Positions 9,920-18,950 of a stretch of 64,000 nucleotides of DNA are shown in pieces. Position 1 is the first letter of the stretch, and every line of letters starts with the position of its first letter. Origin of the DNA: Oscillospiraceae bacterium (lineage in GTDB: Bacteria > Bacillota > Clostridia > Oscillospirales > CAG-272); assembly GCA_015064315.1 (NCBI GenBank), contig SVSL01000001.1, forward strand, positions 15,801-79,800. Direction: 5' to 3'. The notes beneath the pieces are model-generated. The model had not been told where the DNA came from. It was given only the letters and a program-made list of their open reading frames with translations, and searched no databases. Position numbers and translations under genes: made by a program.

Positions 9920-10299
9920 TTCTGATCGCGCCCCAAAAACATATCCAGCTTGGCAAACCCGCGTCGCAGCTCTCGCTCAATATCGGTGGATTTTGCCGTG
10001 AGAATGGTATCTCTTGGGCTGATGACCACCAAAAAACCGGTTTTCAGCTCGGGCTCCACCGCGCGGTATCCCGCACGCAGGATGCGTTTGGCACGGCTTC
10101 TCTGCACCGCGCCGCCGACCCGCTTGGTCACCGAAAGACCAAACCGATTATAAGCTTTTTTCTCGGGATTCTCTTTTTTCAATCGCTTTGCGGCATAGTC
10201 CCGCAGAACGAAAACCGAAAGATACCTTCCCGAAAAACGGGCTCCTCTTTGGAACGTCTTGTTATACAAATGGTGTTCTTTTAAGGTTGTGTACTTCAT
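9916..10299 (-). CDS. rnpA: ribonuclease P protein component
   Basis: MKYTTLKEHHLYNKTFQRG...FGLSVTKRVGGAVQRSRAKRILR is typical RnpA. ATG 10299 was chosen over the ORF-track start at 10389. It lies downstream of rpmH. Confidence 0.85.
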   Translation of the reverse strand: MKYTTLKEHHLYNKTFQRGARFSGRYLSVFVLRDYAAKRLKKENPEKKAYNRFGLSVTKRVGGAVQRSRAKRILRAGYRAVEPELKTGFLVVISPRDTILTAKSTDIERELRRGFAKLDMFLGRDQK

Positions 10300-10388
10300 G
10301 TTGCCATCCTTTGCATTGCTTCCGTGTTTGTTTGTGTAAAAAATAAAATGTCTGTTTTTTGGGAAATACTTCCCAACAAATAAAAACA

Positions 10389-10426
10389 CCGACGGCGATG
10401 GGCGAAAACGCTTTTTCGGCAGTCGG
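10389..10426 (-). terminator. hairpin with flanking T-runs between rpmH and rnpA (terminator/attenuator)
   Basis: CCGACGGCG...CGGCAGTCGG is an imperfect inverted repeat followed by T-runs on both strands. It is located in the 185-nt rpmH-rnpA gap. Confidence 0.4.
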
Positions 10427-10483
10427 AGTTTTTATGGTTGGCAGCTTGGCGCTTGCCAATCGTCCCTTGAAATCAAACGACGA

Positions 10484-10618
10484 TTAGTAGGTCAGTCTTT
10501 TTCTGCCCTTTGCGCGTCTTCTCTTCAGTACGTTTCTGCCATCAGCAGTCTTCATTCTTTTTCTGAAGCCATGCTCCTTTTTTCTTTGACGCTTTTTAGG
10601 TTGATAAGTTCTCAGCAT
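10484..10618 (-). CDS. rpmH: 50S ribosomal protein L34
   Basis: Below the ORF-track size cutoff. Reverse translation gives [44 protein letters not shown] (44 aa). An AAAGGAGG RBS lies 7 nt upstream. Confidence 0.9.
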   Translation of the reverse strand: MLRTYQPKKRQRKKEHGFRKRMKTADGRNVLKRRRAKGRKRLTY

Positions 10619-10699
10619 CGTATGCACCTCCTTTAGTTTAAATCGGAAGCGTTTTGCTCTCTCGGCAAATAAATACGCTTTTACACAATGACATCCTAT

Positions 10700-10728
10700 A
10701 TTATACCTTATTCTTCCCTTTTTGTCAA
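10700..10728 (-). promoter_or_regulatory. sigma-70-type promoter of rpmH
   Basis: On the minus strand: TTGACA (10728-10723), a 17-nt spacer, then TATAAT (10705-10700). Both hexamers are exact consensus. Confidence 0.6.
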
Positions 10729-10788
10729 GGCATTTTCAAATATTTTCTAAAAAAACTTTTTTATTTTTTATTTTCCCTACCGTAGATG

Positions 10789-10817
10789 TTGACGAATCCC
10801 CGAAAAGGTGGTATAAT
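10789..10817 (+). promoter_or_regulatory. sigma-70-type promoter of holA
   Basis: TTGACG (10789-10794), a 17-nt spacer ending in TGG (extended -10), then TATAAT (10812-10817). It sits about 30 nt upstream of ATG 10849. Confidence 0.6.
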
Positions 10818-10848
10818 GAGAGAAAGATTTGGAGAAAGGGGAAAAAGC

Positions 10849-11883
10849 ATGGAGCTGTTAAAGGACTCGGACCTTCGCAAGGAGCTGAAAAGCGCACCAC
10901 GCACGGGCTATTTCTTTTTTGGTGACGAGGATTATCTCAAGACCTTTGCCATCCAGCAAGCCAGAGACGCCGTTTGCCCCGATCCCGCATTTGCCGTATT
11001 CAACGAGCTTCGCATTGACGCGCTGGAATACACCCCGCAAAGGCTTTTGGATGCCCTCACGCCCCTTCCCATGATGACCGATCGCAAGCTTGTGATCCTC
11101 AACGGCTTGAATTTTAACACCATGCGTCCCGAGGAGCTGGATCATCTTTGCGACGTTTTGGACGAGCTGAAGATCTACGATTACAATCTGCTCATCGTAA
11201 ATGCGGCGGCAGATTGCTTTGATCCCGGGTATCTTCCCAAAAAGCCGAGCTCCGCATTCAAAAAGCTGACCGCGTATCTGACCCCCGTGCAGTTTGAGCG
11301 TTGCACCACCGCAAAGCTTTGCGCCTGGATTCAAAAGCATTTTGCCCACAACGGAATCGATGCTTCCCCCGCCCTTTGCACGGCGATGGCGGAATATTGC
11401 GGACACAGTATGTTCGTATTGGCAAACGAGATCGATAAGCTCAGCTACTATCTGCATTATCACGGTCAAGGCAAGGCGACCGAGGAAGCCATGCGCATCT
11501 GTTGTACCCCTGCCGCCGAATTTGACGCCTTTGCCTTTGCCAATGCCCTTCTTGCAGGCAAGCAGGATATTGCCCTTGCCATCCTCGCAGATTATCGCTT
11601 CCGTCGCATGGATCCCTTGATGGTTCTGGGAGAGGTGACCCGCGTGGTCTGCAATATGCTCAGCGTATATTCCATGACCGCCGACGGCATTCCCGCAGGA
11701 AGCATGACAACGGTGATCAAGATGACCGAATTTCAGATCGGACTTTATCAAAAGAGTTTGCGACAAGCCTCGGACAAGCGCTTGAAGCGCGCTTTGAAAG
11801 CCTGCCTTGACGCAGACAACGCAATGAAAAATTCCTACTCCAAGGACTACACGGCGCTGGAAAAGCTGATCTGTACCCTTTGA
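10849..11883 (+). CDS. holA: DNA polymerase III delta subunit
   Basis: MELLKDSDLRKELKS...YFFFGDEDYL...KLVILNG..., about 345 aa, collinear with HolA family proteins. ATG 10849 has a GGAGAAAGGGG RBS region. The ORF-track start at 10786 lies inside the promoter. Confidence 0.8.
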   Translation: MELLKDSDLRKELKSAPRTGYFFFGDEDYLKTFAIQQARDAVCPDPAFAVFNELRIDALEYTPQRLLDALTPLPMMTDRKLVILNGLNFNTMRPEELDHLCDVLDELKIYDYNLLIVNAAADCFDPGYLPKKPSSAFKKLTAYLTPVQFERCTTAKLCAWIQKHFAHNGIDASPALCTAMAEYCGHSMFVLANEIDKLSYYLHYHGQGKATEEAMRICCTPAAEFDAFAFANALLAGKQDIALAILADYRFRRMDPLMVLGEVTRVVCNMLSVYSMTADGIPAGSMTTVIKMTEFQIGLYQKSLRQASDKRLKRALKACLDADNAMKNSYSKDYTALEKLICTL

Positions 11884-11947
11884 TTCCATATTACAAGACG
11901 GCTTGAACGCTTCGTTCAAGCCGTCTTTCTTTATAGGATATGAAAAA

Positions 11948-12817
11948 TCACTTGTTCGTACCGTCAGAGGTGCTTTCCTCATCGCTCGTCGCGGGCGCGC
12001 TCATTCCGGGAATATAATCTATGGAAGCATCACCGTTTTGGAAAGCCTCGCCATCTACGCTCTGCACAGGCTTAACGGTAAGCTTTTTACGCAGGAAGAA
12101 ATACACGATGGCACCAACCGGTACTACGATCTTGGTGACAACCGAAAGAAGCGCGGGATCTGCCGCAACACTGCCGGTTTGAAGCATGATTCCAAATGAG
12201 AATTTGATGCCCGAATAATCGCCCAAGGAAAGAGTAACGGAGATGCCGAAAAAGATGAGAATTGCCCAAAGCACCTTAACCTTCACCTTGCGGCGCAGGC
12301 AGTCGATGAACATCCAGATCACAAAGGCGATCTCCAGAATCGAAACGACTATTACCGCAACGTTAAAAGCAGGAACAACCGTATCGGTGCGATTGACAAA
12401 CTCGGTGGCATCCGAAACGTGAAGACCTGCAATCCCCTCCACGTTATCAGCCGTGACCACGCGGAACAGAACGATCTTGTCGTTATCAAAATAGACCTGA
12501 TACGCCGTGGTAGAGGTCTTGACGCCATTTTTCACCGTCACGTTCCAGCCGATCTGCTCAAGCTCATAAGAGGAAGCCCCCTCGGCAAGCTCTCTGATAC
12601 CATCCCAGTAAACCTGAAAAGACTCGGCATCGCCAGCCCCTTTTACCATATCGTAAGCGGCATCGTAATTATTCGCAAGGACGTAATCCAAGAATTGCTC
12701 GCCCAGCTCGGTGTTGTTTCCAATCTCCCGGTCCGCGCGGCAGGAGGACATTGAAAAAAGCATCAGCAAGCAAAGAAGAATTACAAAGGCAGGTTTCCAA
12801 CATTTTATAATTTTCAT
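11948..12817 (-). CDS. hypothetical lipoprotein/polytopic membrane protein
   Basis: ATG 12817 has a GGAGGAG RBS. The signal-like N-terminus ends in MSSC. It is followed by a ~150-aa extracytoplasmic domain, several hydrophobic helices and an acidic Ser/Thr tail. No family recognised. Confidence 0.65.
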   Translation of the reverse strand: MKIIKCWKPAFVILLCLLMLFSMSSCRADREIGNNTELGEQFLDYVLANNYDAAYDMVKGAGDAESFQVYWDGIRELAEGASSYELEQIGWNVTVKNGVKTSTTAYQVYFDNDKIVLFRVVTADNVEGIAGLHVSDATEFVNRTDTVVPAFNVAVIVVSILEIAFVIWMFIDCLRRKVKVKVLWAILIFFGISVTLSLGDYSGIKFSFGIMLQTGSVAADPALLSVVTKIVVPVGAIVYFFLRKKLTVKPVQSVDGEAFQNGDASIDYIPGMSAPATSDEESTSDGTNK

Positions 12818-12922
12818 AACGATCTCCTCCAAATTTATAGCGTAGCAGAGCATTAAACGGGCTCGTGTTCAAATTCATTATACCACAAGGAATAAAAGTT
12901 GTCAAGAGCCTTTTCAAAAAAA

Positions 12923-12950
12923 CGCGTCGCCTCCGTTTGGAGGCGACGCG
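12923..12950 (-). terminator. rho-independent terminator of the GldG-type operon
   Basis: CGCGTCGCCTCC-GTTT-GGAGGCGACGCG is a perfect 12-bp stem, followed on the minus strand by TTTTTTT. It lies 24 nt after the stop at 12974. Confidence 0.7.
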
Positions 12951-12973
12951 CCACTTTTAAAATTTGAAAAGCA

Positions 12974-15622
12974 TTATCTTGCCTCGATAAGCTCTTGATT
13001 CATCAGCTTTTCAGCTGCCTCTGCAATGGTTTCGATATAATCGGAACGAACGTAGAAGCTGCAAGCCACGTTGGTGGGATCCGAAATGGGATTGCCGTCC
13101 TTATCGTACTTTTCAATCGTCTCAATGGTGAGCAGAGACTTTCTTTCGGAGTAACGGTAGAATCGAATGATCAGTTCCATCTCGTTATCCTCTTCCCATT
13201 CCTTTTCACCCTTGGAATTCTTGTGCTGATTCAGCACGGAGGCATAGTCCTTGACCTTTACCCGGATGGATGCCTGGCAAGCGTCCTCGCCCTGCGCGAT
13301 ATATTCCTCCATGGTCATTCCCTTCATGTTGGTCTTGAACTCATCGGGATCCACGTCGCCCTCAATGGTGAACCACAGGAACATCTGATAGAAGGTTCTG
13401 AAATTGTCAATACCGCTGATCTGCTCGAACTTTTCTTCACCCGAGTCATTGGTATAATGATGATCGATCACGTAATCCAGAAGCTTAAGCTCGTTGCCGT
13501 CCTCAGCGAAATACACGTCGATATTGGGAGAGCTTACCGTGATCTCATACTTTCCGTGTTCATCGGTGTAATAGATCTTTTGCTTCTCCATGGAGAATGC
13601 CTCCTTGTTGGAGAAATCAACCAGTCTCACGGCGTGCTTCTTGCCGTCCTTGGTGTAGGTGTAGCTTCCGTTCTCGTGCTTTTCAACACTTCCCTTTTCC
13701 AGATCGATCACAGCCCACTTGCCTGCGGACTTTTCATAGAAGCCGTAGGAAAGAGAGTTGTCAAAGGCAAAGTTGTAAGTCTTACCGCCATAGGTAAATT
13801 CCAGCTCCTGCAGATAAGCAAGGTTGTTGGAGAAGAAATACTCATCGTACCAGTCACTCTTTTCCCATTCCAGGAAGGAGAAATAGTGCTGATCCACCTC
13901 TACGATCATATCGCAGAGCAGAGATGCCACGTAGTAGGTTCCCTGAGGAGTCTTGGGGCTGATGATGAGCTGATTCTGAACGTATTCCTGCTCGCCCTTA
14001 TCGTTGGTTACGTTGGCGCCCTTGGAATCGATCAGCGGGGACAGATAGGACATATAGTAGATATCCTTATGCAGGTTATACTTCTTCATGACCTCGGTGT
14101 TCAGCATCTTGTTGCCCTTGTCATTGAGAACGTAATCCCCGTTCTCATCCACGAGATAGATGCCAAGCTTCTTACAGCCAACGAATTGCATCTCATACAT
14201 ATTTCCCAACACGGTAGACGCGTTGTTATCGTTGATGGAATATCCCTTGGTCAGGCTCTCATGAGAAATATAAGGCTTAGAGGTATAAATCGTGTTCAAG
14301 CGGCTTGCCAGATCCGAGAAGGAGAAGGATGCGATTACGTCCAGCTTTGCCTTGGAGGGATCTACGGAGCCCTCCTCCAGATTTGCCGTTCCCAAAACGA
14401 ATTCATATACCATCAGGTACTGGGTCAGCGTGGTGGGATAGGTGATCATGGGCATAACCATTGCTTCAACGGGCTGCAGAACGGTGGATTGAAGATCGGG
14501 GCTGACGATGTAAACCGCGTCACGCTTGTCGATCTCCTTGTGATAGCCATCTGCAGTCAGAACGCCCTTTTCCAGCTGTACGTAGTATCCGCCGTCGGAA
14601 AGGATGGGATCGCCAACCAAAACCGTGTACTCGGCGTGTACGTACTCATCGGCGCGAATCACGCCGTCGCCGTTGATATCCTTCAAATGCTTACCGCCAA
14701 TGGTAAAGCGTGCGGGCGTATAAGAAAGCTTACCGTCGGTACCGTAAAGGTCCGCCAAACCGTAAGCGGAATAATCGATGCTGCCGTTCTCCAGTCTGGG
14801 TGCCGAATCCAGCGTGAAATCCAGTTTTTGCATGGTCAACATATATCCTGTGCTGACGCAAAGGCTTGCGTACAGCTCGGCATCGTAATTAACCACGGCT
14901 TCCTCGGAGCCCTCGATCTTGACGTAACCGTCGTCATCGCGGTAGAACTTGTAGGTTCCGTGCTCGTTGGTAACCTCAATAAAGTCGGTATCCGACTGCT
15001 TGATCTGAGGGAACATCATAATACGGTCGCTAAAGCCCAAAGCCTCGCCGCCAACGGAATCGTAATCCACCACGGCATACAGAGAATATTCTCCGGTCTC
15101 GGGATCAATAAAATACTGATTTCCGCTCTTTGCAATGTGGTATCCGTCGGAGTTGACCTCCATTTTGTTTCCGTCCTTATCAAACAGGGCGTAAATGCCG
15201 TCAACCTTCTTTACGTAGTACTTTTCGGTGTACTTGGTACCGTCGTCGCCGAAATAAACGTCGTGCAGTCCGTAGATCGAGGTAAAATACTTTACAAGGA
15301 TCAAGGTGGCGATCAAAACCACTGTCAGGACCGACAGCACCGCCACGGCGATCTTTTGCTTTTTATACATGGTAACCTTTTTGGTGCCTGCCTTCTTGAC
15401 CCAACGGGCAACCAGGTAAAGATCCTCGTAGGAGGTGATCACGGTGGAGGTGGTAACAAGCTCCTCACCGAGATACCAGCCTGCGAAGGCAAAGCCGGGG
15501 CGGGTAGGCGTGGGAAGCTCTCCCACTGCCTTTCCCACCACCGCTTCTCGGCTGGCTACCGAGACTTCACCCTTGGTGGCATCAAAAATGATATTGATAA
15601 TGATTGTTTCTTCAATTCTCAT
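12974..15622 (-). CDS. large single-pass membrane protein, N-terminal InlB-B-repeat (Flg_new-like) module, possibly DUF4340-like ectodomain
   Basis: 882 aa. The N-terminal ~70 aa read FDATKGEVS...LPTPTRPGFAFAGWYLGEELV...YEDLYLVARW, the Listeria-Bacteroides repeat pattern. A Lys-rich stretch and one TM helix (IAVAVLSVLTVVLIATLILV) follow, then a ~780-aa Tyr/Asp-rich region. It is the last gene of the ABC/GldG operon. The DUF4340 assignment comes from genomic context only. Confidence 0.7.
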   Translation of the reverse strand: MRIEETIIINIIFDATKGEVSVASREAVVGKAVGELPTPTRPGFAFAGWYLGEELVTTSTVITSYEDLYLVARWVKKAGTKKVTMYKKQKIAVAVLSVLTVVLIATLILVKYFTSIYGLHDVYFGDDGTKYTEKYYVKKVDGIYALFDKDGNKMEVNSDGYHIAKSGNQYFIDPETGEYSLYAVVDYDSVGGEALGFSDRIMMFPQIKQSDTDFIEVTNEHGTYKFYRDDDGYVKIEGSEEAVVNYDAELYASLCVSTGYMLTMQKLDFTLDSAPRLENGSIDYSAYGLADLYGTDGKLSYTPARFTIGGKHLKDINGDGVIRADEYVHAEYTVLVGDPILSDGGYYVQLEKGVLTADGYHKEIDKRDAVYIVSPDLQSTVLQPVEAMVMPMITYPTTLTQYLMVYEFVLGTANLEEGSVDPSKAKLDVIASFSFSDLASRLNTIYTSKPYISHESLTKGYSINDNNASTVLGNMYEMQFVGCKKLGIYLVDENGDYVLNDKGNKMLNTEVMKKYNLHKDIYYMSYLSPLIDSKGANVTNDKGEQEYVQNQLIISPKTPQGTYYVASLLCDMIVEVDQHYFSFLEWEKSDWYDEYFFSNNLAYLQELEFTYGGKTYNFAFDNSLSYGFYEKSAGKWAVIDLEKGSVEKHENGSYTYTKDGKKHAVRLVDFSNKEAFSMEKQKIYYTDEHGKYEITVSSPNIDVYFAEDGNELKLLDYVIDHHYTNDSGEEKFEQISGIDNFRTFYQMFLWFTIEGDVDPDEFKTNMKGMTMEEYIAQGEDACQASIRVKVKDYASVLNQHKNSKGEKEWEEDNEMELIIRFYRYSERKSLLTIETIEKYDKDGNPISDPTNVACSFYVRSDYIETIAEAAEKLMNQELIEAR

Positions 15623-15670
15623 GGAATTCGTTCCGTTATTCCCTTTCTTATGGAATCATTCAAGTTCCGC

Positions 15671-17359
15671 TTACTTGCGGAATTTTCTTCTTACCAAAAC
15701 AACAATACCGGAAACCGCGCAGATCAAAGCAGGGATCGTAACGTGTACCGCCAGCTTGTTCATGGGCTTAGCCTCCACAACGTACTGCTGTCCCGCCAGT
15801 GCCGAATACATGGGCTTGAACTTAATACCCACGGGCTCGATCTCACGTCCGATTACGCGCAAGATCTCCAACAGGAGGTCGGTATTTCCGTAGGCGTTGG
15901 AGGAAAGCACCGCGTTGCTTGCAAAATCGGTGGAGCCGATTGCGCACACGTAAGATGCATCGTTTACACTGGTATATCCCTGTCCCTCACCGATGTAACG
16001 GCTCTCACGCGTCAGCGTCATCAGCTTGAAATTACCGGCGGTATCGGGGGTATCGGTAGCAATCACACCGTTCTGCTTCTGATAGATCAAAGAGGTCTCA
16101 CTCGAACGGAACACGTCATAGATCTCTCTGGTAATCTTATTACTGCTGTAATAGCCAAAGGAGAACGCGCCGGTTCCCTGTGTCTCGTCAGCCAAAACGT
16201 ATTCCATACCGTAGCTGTTGGAATAAGAGATGCCCATGACGTTGGAGAACACGATCTTGGGAGCGATTCCGTATTTTCGCATATCCTCGGTGATCGATCC
16301 GCCCAGTGCCTCGGTCTCATAGGTACCTACAAAGGAAGCCCCCTCGCCGTCCAGCGCATAGTCGGGATCGTACACAATACCGTTGGAATCCTCGTAACGG
16401 TTAAAGGAAATTCCCCACTCCTCGAGGAATTCCTCCAGATTGGTAAGCTTGGGGGTATCTGCATCGACAAAGATCATAAAGGAATATGCCTTTGCGATAA
16501 AGCCGTCCAGCTTTTTGATCTCGGATACCGCATCCGGATCGGTGCTGTTGAAGTTGGAGAGGAAATCGGTTTGAGGATCCAGGGTAACGATCAGTCTGCA
16601 GTTTTCAGGGATCTCATCCTTTTCCAAGTTGAGGAATCTCACGTCATAGCCTGCAGATTGAAGCACCTTGACGAAGGCACTGTATTCTGCCTTTCCCTCC
16701 TCGGTGGCAAAGGGCTCACCGTGGTTGGTGGTCAGGCAGGCAATGGGAGAATCGGCTTTGGTAACCGCGATAATCCCCTTGAGGAAGGTCTTTTCTCCGT
16801 TATACGCCCAAGGCGTTGTGTCGGTGGTCTCACTGTAAGTGTAAAAGGCTCTCTGATTGTAAACACGGAACTCGGTTCCGCTGGCAACGATCACGTTGGT
16901 CTGGTAGATCGAAGAGTAGGAGTTGGTTCTGTACGCGTTTACAGAAGAAGGATTTTCCCATACGTCCTTTGTGGAAACCTGAATGTATTCGGGGAAAGCC
17001 TTTTCCATTTCCAGCGCGGTGTAATAAATATAGCGCATATAGGTGTTTCCGCAAAGCAGGTCGGGGTCCGCGCAAAAGATGATATCAACCTTTACGTCCT
17101 CCCCTTCCCGATTGGCCTCAACGTCCGCAAAGGTCTTGCGCATCATATTTTTGGCAGCATCCGAAAGCGTATACATACCGCCGTAAAGAGGAATATCCTT
17201 TTCTCTGAAATGTCCGGTGGTCATATCGATAAACAATCTGTTGGACGTACAGAGGAAGGTCATCAGCGCATTGAGAAGGATCACAGCAGCAATCACGATG
17301 GCGCCAAGCCCCACCGAGAAGCTTCCGTGCTTTACTTTTCGGGAAATTCCGTTTTTCAT
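15671..17359 (-). CDS. GldG-like ABC-transporter auxiliary protein (paralog b)
   Basis: 562 aa with an N-terminal TM (FSVGLGAIVIAAVILLNALMTFL) and a C-terminal TM (VHVTIPALICAVSGIVVLVRRKFRK) around a large ectodomain. It is collinear with the upstream paralog and lies downstream of an ABC-2 permease, as gldG does. Confidence 0.72.
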   Translation of the reverse strand: MKNGISRKVKHGSFSVGLGAIVIAAVILLNALMTFLCTSNRLFIDMTTGHFREKDIPLYGGMYTLSDAAKNMMRKTFADVEANREGEDVKVDIIFCADPDLLCGNTYMRYIYYTALEMEKAFPEYIQVSTKDVWENPSSVNAYRTNSYSSIYQTNVIVASGTEFRVYNQRAFYTYSETTDTTPWAYNGEKTFLKGIIAVTKADSPIACLTTNHGEPFATEEGKAEYSAFVKVLQSAGYDVRFLNLEKDEIPENCRLIVTLDPQTDFLSNFNSTDPDAVSEIKKLDGFIAKAYSFMIFVDADTPKLTNLEEFLEEWGISFNRYEDSNGIVYDPDYALDGEGASFVGTYETEALGGSITEDMRKYGIAPKIVFSNVMGISYSNSYGMEYVLADETQGTGAFSFGYYSSNKITREIYDVFRSSETSLIYQKQNGVIATDTPDTAGNFKLMTLTRESRYIGEGQGYTSVNDASYVCAIGSTDFASNAVLSSNAYGNTDLLLEILRVIGREIEPVGIKFKPMYSALAGQQYVVEAKPMNKLAVHVTIPALICAVSGIVVLVRRKFRK

Positions 17360-17384
17360 ATTCGATTCACTTCCTTTCTCCGAA

Positions 17385-18926
17385 TTATGCGCGGCGGCGC
17401 TTCACCAAAATGACCACAGCGATCACGGTGATCAGAAGCGCGGGGGTGATGGAAAGCACCAGAGTCCACCTAAGCATTTGCGCGGTTGTGATAATACTGA
17501 TATCGGTGGAGGCGAAGGGCTTGATCACAAGTCCCTCGGTGGTCAGCTCCTTACCCATATGACGGAAGGTGCGCATCATGGCGTCATTGTTTCCGTAAAC
17601 GGCAGACTGCAGGAAGGTCTCCTCCGCAAAGTCTGCGGAAGCGATCACGCCCACGTAAGAGGAGCCGTTCTCAAATTTCTGTTCGGTCAAGGTCATGAGC
17701 ATGGTGTTTCCACCGTCTACCGCCTTGCCGTTTGCCCAACAGGAAGCACTCTTACTGCTCTGATAGAGGCTGTAAAGCGTGCGATTTCCCTTGGTATAGC
17801 TTCCGTCGCCGTTGTTCACAAAGCCCTGCGCCGCCTTGATGGCGGTGGCGTTCTTAAAGATCACGGGACGCTGCAGTCCTTCCAAAAGCTCCGCGGCGTG
17901 TCCCTTGCTTGCAGCCTCACCGTAAATGGTATAGCCGTCAGACGTCAAAGAGTTGGCGTTGTCCTGCACCATGTAGCGATAGTTTGCTTCGGTCTCGCGG
18001 TCGGTATAATAACTGAAATCAGCGCCCCAGCCCTCCAAAAACGCTTCGTACGCGGGAAGCATGGGGGTTCCGTTCTCCAGCATGACCAGGAAATTGTTGC
18101 CGGGAACCGACAAAAACTTCTCCAGCACCTCAACCTCGGACTTTTGGGAAACGCCGTCGGAAATAAGGTCCGAATTGGGATTGAAGCTAATGATCAAATT
18201 GCAATTTTCGGGAATCTCTTCCTTGTGCAGGTCGATGTAGCGGATGGTATATCCCGCGTCATCCAAAAGGTAGAGCAACTCAAAGTCGTAAAAGGTCTCG
18301 CCGTGATTGTTGGTCAGGCAAACGATCTGCTCCTCGGTGGAAACCGCGCGCATAATACCGGCGGCGATCTTCTTTTCTCCGTCGAACGCCCAGACCTGAT
18401 CGGTCATTCCGTCCTTGAACACGAAAAACTCCTCCAAGGAATAGGTACGGTGATAATTGCCGCTGGTGATGATCACCGAGGTGGACTTGATGCTCACCTG
18501 CACGTCCTCGCCCGTAAGAGGATTGACCATGGTCTTATACTTCTTTACGGGAACGGGATTGGTCCAGATATCGTAACAGGAAAGCTTGATATTTTCGGGA
18601 AAATGCTCGGCGATCTCAACCGCAGTCCGGTATACGTAGTTGAGCGTCATATCCTCCATGGCGTTCTCCTCATTGGGGAGATCGCAGAAAATGATCTCAA
18701 CGTCAGCGCCATCCTGCTCGTCAAACACCTTTTCCAAAAGCGCAAAGCAGTTTTCGGTCACGTCGTAAGACCCCTCGGCAGTCATGGGCGTGTACCATTT
18801 GAAGCGGTTTGACAGAACGCCGAAGACCGCGTTTGTGAGAACGGCGACCGTAATCACCAGTATCGTCAAAACCACGGTGATGCCGCCATAGCGCACCTTT
18901 CGGTTTCGGATAAACGATTTTTTCAT
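17385..18926 (-). CDS. GldG-like ABC-transporter auxiliary protein (paralog a)
   Basis: 513 aa with the same two-anchor topology (N-terminal YGGITVVLTILVITVAVLTNAVFGVL, C-terminal LVLSITPALLITVIAVVILVKRRRA). Shared motifs with paralog b include IIFCxxP, LTxNHGE and YDVRxIDL-like stretches. Confidence 0.72.
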   Translation of the reverse strand: MKKSFIRNRKVRYGGITVVLTILVITVAVLTNAVFGVLSNRFKWYTPMTAEGSYDVTENCFALLEKVFDEQDGADVEIIFCDLPNEENAMEDMTLNYVYRTAVEIAEHFPENIKLSCYDIWTNPVPVKKYKTMVNPLTGEDVQVSIKSTSVIITSGNYHRTYSLEEFFVFKDGMTDQVWAFDGEKKIAAGIMRAVSTEEQIVCLTNNHGETFYDFELLYLLDDAGYTIRYIDLHKEEIPENCNLIISFNPNSDLISDGVSQKSEVEVLEKFLSVPGNNFLVMLENGTPMLPAYEAFLEGWGADFSYYTDRETEANYRYMVQDNANSLTSDGYTIYGEAASKGHAAELLEGLQRPVIFKNATAIKAAQGFVNNGDGSYTKGNRTLYSLYQSSKSASCWANGKAVDGGNTMLMTLTEQKFENGSSYVGVIASADFAEETFLQSAVYGNNDAMMRTFRHMGKELTTEGLVIKPFASTDISIITTAQMLRWTLVLSITPALLITVIAVVILVKRRRA

Positions 18927-18950
18927 GAATCTTCTTCCTCCGTAGCTCGA

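Noticed and set aside
10619-10848. Possible oriC between rpmH and the divergent gene.
   Set aside because: The divergent gene is holA, not dnaA. Only one weak DnaA-box-like 9-mer (TTTTACACA) was seen by eye. Gene orientation does not flip here. The spacer is fully explained by two consensus divergent promoters.
12995-17413. Very long + strand ORFs antisense to real genes. Examples are the 1472-aa ORF at 12995..17413, and those at 45714..48875, 58540..61869, 54414..57275, 7031..9772 and 37637..39799.
   Set aside because: They are codon-aligned with the minus-strand genes (the same codon boundaries were checked for 12995 against genes ending at 15622 and 17359). They stay open simply because the sense genes avoid TTA, CTA and TCA codons. 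Their translations are low-complexity (Leu/Gly/Val/His-rich) with no motifs, and one spans three separate real genes.
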